A stretch of 18,542 nt of DNA from Octopus sinensis (taxonomy: Eukaryota): NCBI RefSeq assembly GCF_006345805.1, contig NW_021824592.1:1-18542 (forward strand), in the 5' to 3' direction. Position numbers and translations under genes: made by a program. The notes beneath the pieces were generated by a model. It saw only the letters and a program-made list of their open reading frames with translations. It was not told where the DNA came from and searched no databases. The stretch's first letter is position 1; each line of letters opens with the position of its first letter. This document shows, piece after piece, positions 9,431-18,542 of this stretch.

Positions 9431-9884
9431 CTCTAATAGCAGCTTAGAATATTTCTCAAAGGAATTCGCCACACGAAACTCCTTTTTTTCACTCATCCGC
9501 AGCAGTTCCTCCTCCCAGACCCTATTTCAACTTTACTGATTATTTCAGAGAAGAATCGAATCGAAACCGAATTCCATACCTGCCTACATACATCCTTGCT
9601 CTACAGAGTTCCCTATACTGATATCAGCCTATTTTGTCATATTCCCCTCAACCGTTGCGATGATATCTCATCTTCATCCCTATCTTCATACTTCCGTTCT
9701 TTTACATACTCCTCATCTTTCGTACCCATCATTTCCCCATGAGGAACCTTCAGGCTGAAAACGCCGGAGCTTATCCGGATATTTAAGGCGTCTTAAACGG
9801 AAAGTACAAGAGTCCCTACCTTTTCCCTGAGCAGGAAAACAGATGTCCCTGAAGAGGAAGACCAGATGCCAATGGAATTAATTT

Positions 9885-10023
9885 GCGACTGAGTGTGCCA
9901 GAGCAATATACGACATTAAGTATTTGGAGTCTAGTACACAACGAACCACCGGGCCTCAGAATCGAACCCACGACTTAACGATTGTGAGTCCAACACCCTA
10001 ACCACCAAGCCATGTATCTTCAC
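9885..10023 (-). mobile_element. Decayed family B-like SINE head plus central domain
   Basis: Minus-strand A-box TGGCTTGGTGG and B-box GGGTTCGATTCT; similar to 13800-13928. Confidence 0.75.
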
Positions 10024-10343
10024 TTCAGTAAACTACAATAAACTTTTTTGACTAATCAATGGAGTGGTTACCAGTTGAATTGGTGGATTGGATTGGTAAT
10101 GTAGCATATGAAAGCATAGCTATCAGGAGACCAAAGACACTGCAGTGTTGTGCAACGCAGTGTCGTGCAGTAGAGTGCATTAACTCTATAGTAGAGACAC
10201 TAAAGCAGCGGTTATTCCTAAACTCCACGTTTATGACATTTACAAACACAGAGACGCTACTAAAACCTAACAGTAAAACAATAAAATAGAATGGAATAAA
10301 ATAAAAATATAATCGACGGTCGTCGTCGTCTCCTAGCAATTTG

Positions 10344-10375
10344 CCGTGTCACGTGACGGTCGTTTTACGTCACGG
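10344..10375. promoter_or_regulatory. Candidate regulatory cluster: GTCACGTGAC palindrome (E-box/CLEAR-like) and TTACGTCA (CRE/ATF-like)
   Basis: GTCACGTGAC at 10348-10357 and TTACGTCA at 10365-10372, in a locally CpG-rich unique patch. No transcript evidence. Confidence 0.3.
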
Positions 10376-10450
10376 TTTCAAGGTCTTTAACAGGTAAACT
10401 AGCAGAATACTAGCATCACCTCTCTCCGTCTCATTCACTCTCGTTTCCAC

Positions 10451-10502
<52 letters not shown>

Positions 10503-10949
10503 ATATATATATATATATATTATATATCTATTTCTATGTCTCTTTCCCTTCCTTTGTCTTTCTTTCCTTCTCTTTTTCTCTTCTTTTCTTTCTCTCTCTT
10601 TCTTTCTATCTCTCTTGCTATTTCTCCTTCTTTCTCAGTTTCTATCTTTTCCTTCACTCTTTCCTTCCTCGATATACTTTCTACCGTACAGCCACCCACC
10701 ACCTTCCTCATCGTCTATACACTCCTCATTCTTCTCTCTCTCTCTTTCTGCCGTTAACTTCCTCCCCTTCCTTCTCATTCACCTCTTTCTTTTCACTCTC
10801 TTACATTCCCTATTACTTCTCTCTCTCTCTCTCTTTTCTACCTCTCTGTTTTTCTTACTTCATCTCTTGTCTTTTATTACCTTCTGTTCACAAGCGCGCG
10901 CATGCACACGCACACTCTCTCTCTGTTTCTCTCTGTCTGTCTGACTGAC

Positions 10950-10989
<40 letters not shown>

Positions 10990-11107
10990 TCTCACTCTCT
11001 CTCTCTCTCACACACACACTCACTCTCACTCTCTCTCTCTCTCACACACACACTCTCTCTCACTCTCTCTCTCTCTCACACACACACACACTCTCTCTCT
11101 CTCACTC
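10451..11107. repeat. (CTAT)n-(TA)n, long pyrimidine-rich low-complexity tract, (CT)n/(CA)n mosaic
   Basis: Directly visible. Confidence 0.92.
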
Positions 11108-11159
11108 TTACAAGCACATACACACAGTCTATGATATTTCTCATCTGTATTTTTATCAG

Positions 11160-11232
11160 TCTTCGGTAATATAGTGGTAAGTATCCTTCGCCTGTCACGC
11201 AGACGATGGGTGTGCAATTCCTTGCTAGGGAG
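11160..11232 (+). pseudogene. tRNA-Asp(GTC) pseudogene
   Basis: Aligns end to end with eukaryotic tRNA-Asp as recalled (TATAGTGGT.AGTATCC..GCCTGTCACGC). Anticodon GTC at 11194-11196. T-loop degraded to GTGCAATTC, and the acceptor, anticodon and T stems are mismatched. TTTT at 11241-11244. Confidence 0.82.
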
Positions 11233-11971
11233 TCATTATGTTTTAAAACAGCAGTAACCCAGTATTGCCACAGCTTTTGGGCTTTAATACAATGAAGATG
11301 CATTCATTTCTCGGTCTTTCTCATCCTCTTCTTTTCTTCCTCTCATACCTACCTATCTTCATCAGTCTCTCTATCTCCTGTGTATTCTTTATGATGCCTG
11401 CACATGCGCATACACACACACTCAAATAGATTACACACATAGACTCATACACCAGCTGATACCCGGACACCCTCGTGGGATTTTTCTTTCCACACTCTCG
11501 TATTTATTCTAATTCAGGTGTCCGTTGTCCTTCCGTGTTTGCAATTCTCCTCCGATTTCTCCTTCACAAACTTCATTTCTATAAATTTTATAAATTTCTC
11601 CTTATCTATGAGTCTGTCTGTCTGTCTGTCTGTTAAGCTATCCTCCTCTCCATGTATGTATGTATGTATGTATGTATATATGTATGTATGTATGCACGTA
11701 TGGATGGATGGATTGATGCATGCATGTTTCTCTGTTCTTCTATCCATCTATCCATCTATCTATCTCTCTATGTGCCTCTCCCTCCATCCCCCTCTCACTC
11801 GCTCTTTTTACATAATTTCTTTCCTCTGCCGGTTCCTATATATATTTCTAACAAGCTTGCTTTTCCCTCTAGCTATTCTTGTGCTCTTATTCACTTCATC
11901 ATTTTACGCACTCAGTGTCTTCACTCCCCCTCTCTCTTATTTGCGCTCATATACATGTGTGTATGTATGCA

Positions 11972-12009
<38 letters not shown>

Positions 12010-12010
<1 letters not shown>

Positions 12011-13190
12011 TAGCATTAAAGACCCGTCGTTGCCGGGTCATAGTGCTAGTGCATGTATATATGTGTATATATAAATGTATATATTACATGTACATCTATA
12101 TATATATACATCTACACATAAAATACAAAGTTATATCTTGATATCGCTAGTGATAACAAAACTCAAAATATATAACAGACTGGAATTGTTAGCCCGTCTC
12201 TTGTAATTTCGATCAATTGTATCTTGTCCTCCCTGTTGTATAGAAGTGTGGCTACAATCCAGCCTACCTCAACTTCTGGTGGGGGGGAGGCATTTAAAAT
12301 TTTTTTTCCGGGACGTCCTACGTCCCATATATAAAGGGAAAAATAAAATATTTCCACTTTGCAAGTTCGAGTCGAGTACTCCCTTGCACGTTCCGTTGAC
12401 TCGAACCTTGCTTCTATTGTGGGGCGAATTTACCGCCTCTGATTAGATATCTTTCATAGTCGCACCAAGACACTTTTCGAAGGTGCTTTCCTCCATGTGT
12501 TCAAATCTTCTTTGTTCTCTACATTGTATATTTTATAGTCAGTAGTCTTTTCTTTAATTTAAGTTTTTATTATCCATCTGGACTATTCCATTTCTGCACG
12601 CTAATTTTATTTTTAATTTATTCCCATTCATGTGAAACCACTTATTCAAGTTCAAGTCATTGATGCAATTTTATACCAATTGCTATTTTCACTTTTGTTA
12701 TGTTACGATTATATTATACTTTAGTTTGATTTTAATTATTACTTACTACATATAATTCAATTGTTATTATTTTTATTGTTAAAGTGAAAGTATCTGACAT
12801 AAAATAGAGAAATGTTTTTGTTTCACTTTTAACACGTAACACTGAAATAGTGGAGAAGATATGATATTGCTATGGGCTCGCTCTAGGCAAGAAGTTGAAC
12901 ATTGTTTTTGCCCATGAAACTACATGGACCCTAAGTAAGGCATGTGTAAAATTTGAATGGAATTGGTTGTGTAGTTCTCACGTTTTAGGGAATCGTAGTG
13001 GAGAAGATATGATATTGCTGTGGGCTCGCCCTAGGCGAAAAGTTAAAAAAGTTTTTGCCGATGACACTCCCCGGACCCTAATTAAGGCATGTGTAAAATT
13101 TGAATGAAATTGGTTGTGTAGTTCTCAAGTTTTAGGGAAACACACAGACAGACAGACAGACACACATTCTCAGTTTTATATATATAAAGA
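12010..13190 (-). mobile_element. Non-autonomous Helitron (complete, ~1.18 kb)
   Basis: On the minus strand: 5'-TC at 13190 followed by TTTATATATATAAAA and (CTGT)n; 3' GC-rich hairpin GACCCG-N7-CGGGTC (12021-12039) then CTAG (12013-12010). Sits between host A and T in a (TA)n tract with no TSD. Confidence 0.85.
12848..13139. repeat. Internal 148-bp tandem duplication within the Helitron
   Basis: tagtggagaagatatgatattgct...ttttagggaa starts at both 12848 and 12996. Confidence 0.93.
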
Positions 13191-13239
13191 TATATATATA
13201 TATATATATATATATGCATGTATGTCTGTATGTATGTCC

Positions 13240-13445
13240 GGTCACTCTTAGTGCTGCTGGTAATATGTAATCTAGCACTGCCCGTTGCATGGTCGTGCCA
13301 GCAGCGACTAAACTGGCAACTCTACCAAATGCTTGGTAAAGAGGATTCTTTTAGCTGGACATCCTGCAGGATGAAAAACAAAACCTGTCAAATGGTAAAT
13401 GAAGATATTGGATGGAGTCAACGGCCATCCAACAACCGGGAGTGA
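13240..13445 (+). mobile_element. Possible LINE (RTE-like) 5'-UTR fragment
   Basis: Higher-complexity segment whose motifs (gcagcgactaaactggcaactc; aaacctgtcaaa; ggatggagtcaacggc) resemble RTE leader sequence from recall only. No ORF support. Confidence 0.25.
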
Positions 13446-13619
13446 GAGACCCCTAATCTTTGTTTAAACATCTCCCAAGCAGAAGGGAATTCTGAAATAG
13501 CCCCTTCCTTGTTATGAGACTGGAAATTTTGCTCTTGCTTGTTTCTGGACATCTTGGCTCTGTAGGTGAGAATCTTATCAGTGTTATGCAAGTTGTTATT
13601 TATTTTAAACTTCAGTAAG

Positions 13620-13928
13620 TGACACTCCGTCGGTTACAACGATGAATGTTTCAGTTAATCCGATTAACTGTGAGATTAACGTGCAAGTGGCTGAGTACTT
13701 CACAGACACACGTATCATTCACGTAGTTCTCAGGAAGACTCAGCATGACACAAAATGTGACAAGGCTGGCCCCTTTGAAAAGCAGGAACAACGCATTGTT
13801 GCCAGCTGGGTGGAATGGAACAACGTGAAATAAAGTCATTACCAAGGACAACACGCGCCGCCGGGATTGAACTCAGAACATAACGATCGTGATCTGAATA
13901 CCCTAACCACCAAGCCATCCACCCTCAC
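13620..13928 (-). mobile_element. tRNA-derived SINE with family B-like head and centre and family C tail
   Basis: Tail 13621-13790 is colinear with 15331-15515. 13800-13928 matches the reverse complement of 1701-1840. Degenerate 14-bp TSD taaacttcagtaag (13606-13619) / taaaatttagtaag (13929-13942). Confidence 0.88.
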
Positions 13929-15323
13929 TAAAATTTAGTAAGAATATTGACAGTGGTTGTCTTTAATATCTCGGATAAGATAATTTGTCAGTGAAGGACA
14001 AAATCATCTACGAGATGACAGCTACCATGTATGCATATATATATATATATATATATATAATGAATTTATTGTGAAATAACTGATACAACTGTAGTGTTTT
14101 GTATCAAAATTTGTAGTGTATTTTTGTTTATGCTATTTTACATATAATTACTCAGAGTTTCATGTCCCTTATGAAGCCCCAGATCGGTGTGGTTGGTGGT
14201 GAGAACTCCTGTGCGATCAGTCGAATGTTTAGAACGCATCATCCGAGATAATCAGGCCGTCGTCTCTATACAACCCTAAACGTTGCTTTGAGTATGTCCA
14301 AAACAAATAATGCAATGAGGTAGAAAATTTTAACGTCGTAAAGTGACTCCATCCTGATACCATGATGATCATTGATATCTTTCATTAATACTACAACTTT
14401 GTCCAAAGGAAGGGATTTATTTTCTGTAATATATAATAAATATCATTATCACAGTGCAATACAGCTTTCAAATTCCAGTACCTTGAAGATAAGAAGATTA
14501 GTAATCGGCAACATCAAGCTGGATCTATTTATATCTTTTATCTCGAATATTGCTGAACAAATTAGCTACAATAGTCGTCATAGTCAAATGTCGTAAACTT
14601 TTTTTTCTCTGATTTTGCTGCTGTTAATATTAGTTAAGCTATGTTTACATACTCTCCTGCCTTCGCTTTTAGCAAGATTCATCAAATCTGCATTCGGAGT
14701 TTGAAGTTCTCTTTGCGATCTTGTAGCGTTATATAGGGTTTACATTTATGTAAACTTTGTATTACCTTAAGTACTGCAATCTAAATGCAATAGTCTTGCT
14801 CGTACTCTGTTGTACCTACAATTGTTTTCTTGTAGAGCTGAATTATTCTTCTTATTGAAGAGCTGAATGTGAGTGTTGCTGCTAGTCCGGATAGGCATCT
14901 AGTTTTGTACTCCGTGAAAATGAAAACTTTGTTAATAAGCCATTTAATAAATGTCGTGCTCGACTTAAATTTGTGAAGACACACACACGCACACAAATGC
15001 ACACACACACACAATCACACACCACACACACACACACACACGCACACACAATCACACACACGCACACACAAAGGCGAACACAAATAACACACAAGACAAC
15101 AGAAGTCCAAGAGCCGTCCATAGCCAATATGATTAAATTGACGCTCAAGAAAGAGGTAAAAAAATACAGAGTACAAGGTTTCGACACATCGTCCTTCATA
15201 GGAAACTAGAGGGAAGTCCAGGGGAAAGACAAGGAAGAGGAGGAAGAAAGAAAAGGACATAAAAAGTTGTTAGCCGTTGCTTATGTTCACATATTCGACA
15301 CACCCAGTATATAGGTGCGTGTG

Positions 15324-15711
15324 GGTGGAAGCACTCCGTCGGTTACGACGACGAGGGTTCCGGTTGATCCGAACCAACGGAACAGCCTGCTCGTGAAATT
15401 AACGTGTAAGTGGCTGAGCACTTCACAGACACGTGTACCCTTAACGTAGTTCTCGGGGATATTCAGCGTGACACAGAGAGTGACAAGGCCGGCCCTTTGA
15501 AATACAGGTACAACAGAAACAGGAAGTAAGAGTGAGAGAAAGTTGTGGTGAAAGAGTACAGCAGGGATCACCACCATCCCCTGCCGGAGCTCGTGGAGCT
15601 TTTAGGTGTTTTCGCTCAATAAACACTCACAACGCCCGGTCTGGGAATCAAAACCGCGATCGTACGACCGCGAGTCCGCTGCCCTAACCACTGGGCCATT
15701 GTGCCTCCACT
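15324..15711 (-). mobile_element. tRNA-derived SINE family C, full length with perfect TSD
   Basis: Minus-strand A-box TGGCCCAGTGG and B-box-like GGTTTTGATTCCC. 14-bp TSD TATAGGTGCGTGTG at 15310-15323 and 15712-15725. Confidence 0.93.
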
Positions 15712-15912
15712 TATAGGTGCGTGTGTGTGTGTCTGTTTATAAGCTTACTTTATAACGCATCTCCTCCTGTAATTCTGCTTCAAAGCACTAATAGTTCCAT
15801 TTATCTGAAGTGGACATTTACGTGTTTTAATATCTCGTTTGCGTTTCTTTTTGATGATGATTCTCGGTTTTATGTATTTATGCATATGTATCAGTTTGTC
15901 TTTTAGTGCGTG

Positions 15913-15929
15913 CACACACACATACACAA

Positions 15930-15971
<42 letters not shown>

Positions 15972-16070
15972 ACATACACACATAATATAATATAATACAA
16001 TATAATATAATATATAATGTAATATGTAATATAATATATTATATTAATATATATATATATATATATATAT
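15913..16070. repeat. (CA)n, (TAATA)n, (TA)n microsatellites
   Basis: Directly visible. Confidence 0.95.
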
Positions 16071-16296
16071 ACGCATCCTTCGACAAGTATGTGTGTGTGT
16101 GTACACATTTAAAGTTCATTGGGTCATACAATACGCCTCAGTCAACAACGAACGACTAATACTTTTGTCTTTGTCCCAATATATTCTTCATAAATGTTTC
16201 ATACATACATCCATCCATACATATATCCATACACACACACACACACATACACACACACATATATATATACACACCCATACGTACATGTATATGCAT

Positions 16297-16343
<47 letters not shown>

Positions 16344-16671
16344 CATGTGTGTAAAGAACTTCAAAGCGAGGTTACAACTACATTATACCATAAAAAAGTA
16401 TAAACAAAGCAACTTGAGTGATTTATTTTTAAAGAAAATAACAATTTTCTTCTATTGTATGTTGATCATGTGATGTCTTCTGCTCTTTCTTTACGGTCTC
16501 GTGATAAAATCTTTCTTACTTTCTTTCTTTCTATTCTGACAGCATCTTTCTCTCTCTCCTTTTCAGTTTCTATTTCGATGGTAAGGTATAATTGCGTCCG
16601 GATAACTTTCCCCCCCACTCTTCCACTCTCTAACCATATTACTTTCTCTCCAGCTACTCCTCTCGTCCTCT

Positions 16672-16723
<52 letters not shown>

Positions 16724-16769
16724 TATATAATATATATATGTGTGTGTGTGTATGTGTGTGTGTGTGTAT

Positions 16770-16975
16770 GTTTTTCCCTCTACCATCACTTGACAACCGA
16801 TGTTGGTATTTTACGTCCCCGTAAATTAGCAGTTCGGCCAAAGAGACCGTTAGGATAAGTACACGGCTTCAAAAAATAAGCCCTGGAGTCCATTCCTCCG
16901 ATTAAAACCCTTCAAGGCGGTGCTCCAGCATGGCTGCAGTCAAATGACTAAAGCATGTAAAAGAATAAAAGAATA
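16770..16975 (+). mobile_element. Family A SINE 3' portion with (AAAAGAAT) tail
   Basis: tgacaaccgatgttggt...ttacgtccccgtaa...aaggcggtgctccagcatggctgcagtcaaatgact, preceded by (TG)n; reverse complement of 5651-5840. Confidence 0.87.
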
Positions 16976-17035
16976 TATACACACACACTCACACACACAC
17001 ACACACATATTATATATATATATATATTATATTTA

Positions 17036-17099
<64 letters not shown>

Positions 17100-17116
17100 A
17101 ATCTATCTATCTATCT
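16976..17116. repeat. (CA)n-(TA)n-(ATCT)n microsatellite
   Basis: Directly visible. Confidence 0.96.
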
Positions 17117-17807
17117 TTATACTCTCACACACTCCCTTACACATTGGGGGAAATTCCAAAGTACTTCACTATCCAAATACATTAGGAATTTAAAGATCGA
17201 TAATTTATAACACGTGTTCCCACACATCGATGGTTTCCGAAGGTGTTATCTTCGTGTTTCGGAGAAGTATAACATCGTATTTAAGCTTCTGTGATAATTC
17301 TACATTTAATGAGAATAATAAAAATGAAAATATTTATTCCTCTTTCAACACCAAAACTTTAGTAAACATTGCCGCCTTCCTTACTTCTGTGTGATTTACA
17401 TGTATGATACCGAAAACATGAAAAAACTATTTTTATCAACATGTGATAAATGAATACATCATATTGTTGCTATTATGTTAAACAGCCGTGTATCCAAATT
17501 TGGCCAAATGCGTTTCTTTCAATACTTATTTTTGCTTGCAATAGCCGGTTCTATTGGCCAAACTATCGTATCTCCAGCTGCTTCAGATGCCAAGATATCA
17601 AAAATTGTCAGTGTAGTACGACGGTTTTGCTATGGAATGGTGAAACTATTTTTTTTTCATTTTCTGAAAAAGCAACGTCTTGGACTTACAACACTTTTGC
17701 TTGGTAGCAACGATATATTTTCGCGTATATATTGCAACGTTGACTCTTTAATCGTTTGAATATTCGACAAGAAACTCAGTTACATTTCACGTGCTGTTTC
17801 ATATATA

Positions 17808-18400
17808 CGTGTGTGTGCGTGTGGTGTGTGTGTGTGTGTGTATGTTGTGTGTGTGGTGTATTAGTGTGTCTGTATTCTCTTGTATTGATCGTTGGTACGT
17901 GTGCAGATGAACTTTTATACATGTGAGAGTTTGTATCTATCTGAATCTACGAGAGAAATAAAGACATTAGGAATACAAGTGTGTACTTGCACATAATGTG
18001 TGCATGTTTGTGTGCATGTGTGTGTGTGTGCATGTGTATGTGACCGAATATGAACAGTATTCTTTGTGTTTGTGTGTATGCGTATGTGAATGCGTGTGTA
18101 TGCGTACGTGAGTATGCGTGTGTGTGTGTGTGTGTTTACCTGTGAGAATGTTTATATATGTGCGTTTTACTGTGTTCCGAATATATTTACCTGCATGTAT
18201 GTCTGCATTTACCTGTGTGTATATTTACCTGTATGAATGTTAAACCTGTGTATCTGTGTGTTTATGTGTGTATGTGAGACTCTCTACCTGTATGTAGATG
18301 CGTGTGTGCTTACCTTTGTTTGTTTGTGTGCGTGCGCCTGTGTACGTGATTGTGTGTGTGTGTGTGTATGATATTATACCTGTATGTGCATATATGTCTG
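17808..18400. repeat. Degenerate (TG)n-rich low-complexity region with recurring TTTACCTG motif
   Basis: Directly visible; TTTACCTG at 18136, 18186, 18208 and 18224, plus variants. Confidence 0.8.
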
Positions 18401-18542
18401 TTAAAGAGAGAACGAGAGATAAATAAGGCATAGAGTGAAAGAATATTTTGAGTAGGGTTAGTGTGTAAGCAATTTGAAGGTGAATATAAGGGTATATATG
18501 TATGTGGGTATTGGAGTATTGTGCATGCGTGAGTCTGTGTAT

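Noticed and set aside
8904-9496. Four overlapping ORFs of 87-186 aa with 20-aa periodicity
   Set aside because: Produced by a 20-bp repeat that lacks stop codons on the minus strand; open in all three minus frames; no coding evidence.
9638-9792. Minus-strand acidic frame (MMGTKDEEYVKERKYEDRDEDEISSQRLRGI)
   Set aside because: About 50 codons, explained by purine skew, no recognisable domain.
9728-9870. CTGAAGG (minus) and CTGAAGA (9849, plus) as hammerhead cores
   Set aside because: No convincing stem II/GAAA/NUH arrangement.
11518-12141. 207-aa hydrophobic ORF resembling a membrane protein
   Set aside because: Derived from CTGT/TATG/TA repeats and pyrimidine-rich sequence, and runs into the Helitron end.
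14836-14868. 33-nt micro-exon (ttttcttgtag ... gtgagt)
   Set aside because: Stop codons in all three frames; no supporting exons.
17140-17760. Possible DNA-transposon fragment, and ORFs 17450..17707 and 17475..17759
   Set aside because: No TIR pair, TSD or transposase motif could be identified; left unclassified.

Overview
Eukaryotic, AT-rich, non-coding window that is dense in repeats. Its tRNA-derived SINE families resemble those I recall from octopus genomes; the taxon is an inference from recall, not a database result. No protein-coding gene is supportable: nearly all listed ORFs come from microsatellites, SINEs or a minisatellite, and the rest show no recognisable domain. Supported contents are about 11 SINE copies or fragments from three modular families (two with target-site duplications), a complete non-autonomous Helitron (12010-13190, minus), a hAT/Charlie-type MITE with an 8-bp TSD (6982-7270), a tRNA-Asp(GTC) pseudogene (11160-11232), a 23.5 x 20-bp minisatellite bracketed by strong splice signals, a degenerate array of ~200-bp units, and many microsatellites. 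The most interesting signal is a set of short, often fold-back elements near (TA)n tracts that carry degenerate minimal hammerhead-ribozyme cores, several followed by AATAAA. They look like Penelope-like or retrozyme-like relics, and one is tandemly duplicated. Every core in this window deviates from consensus, so activity is not claimed.
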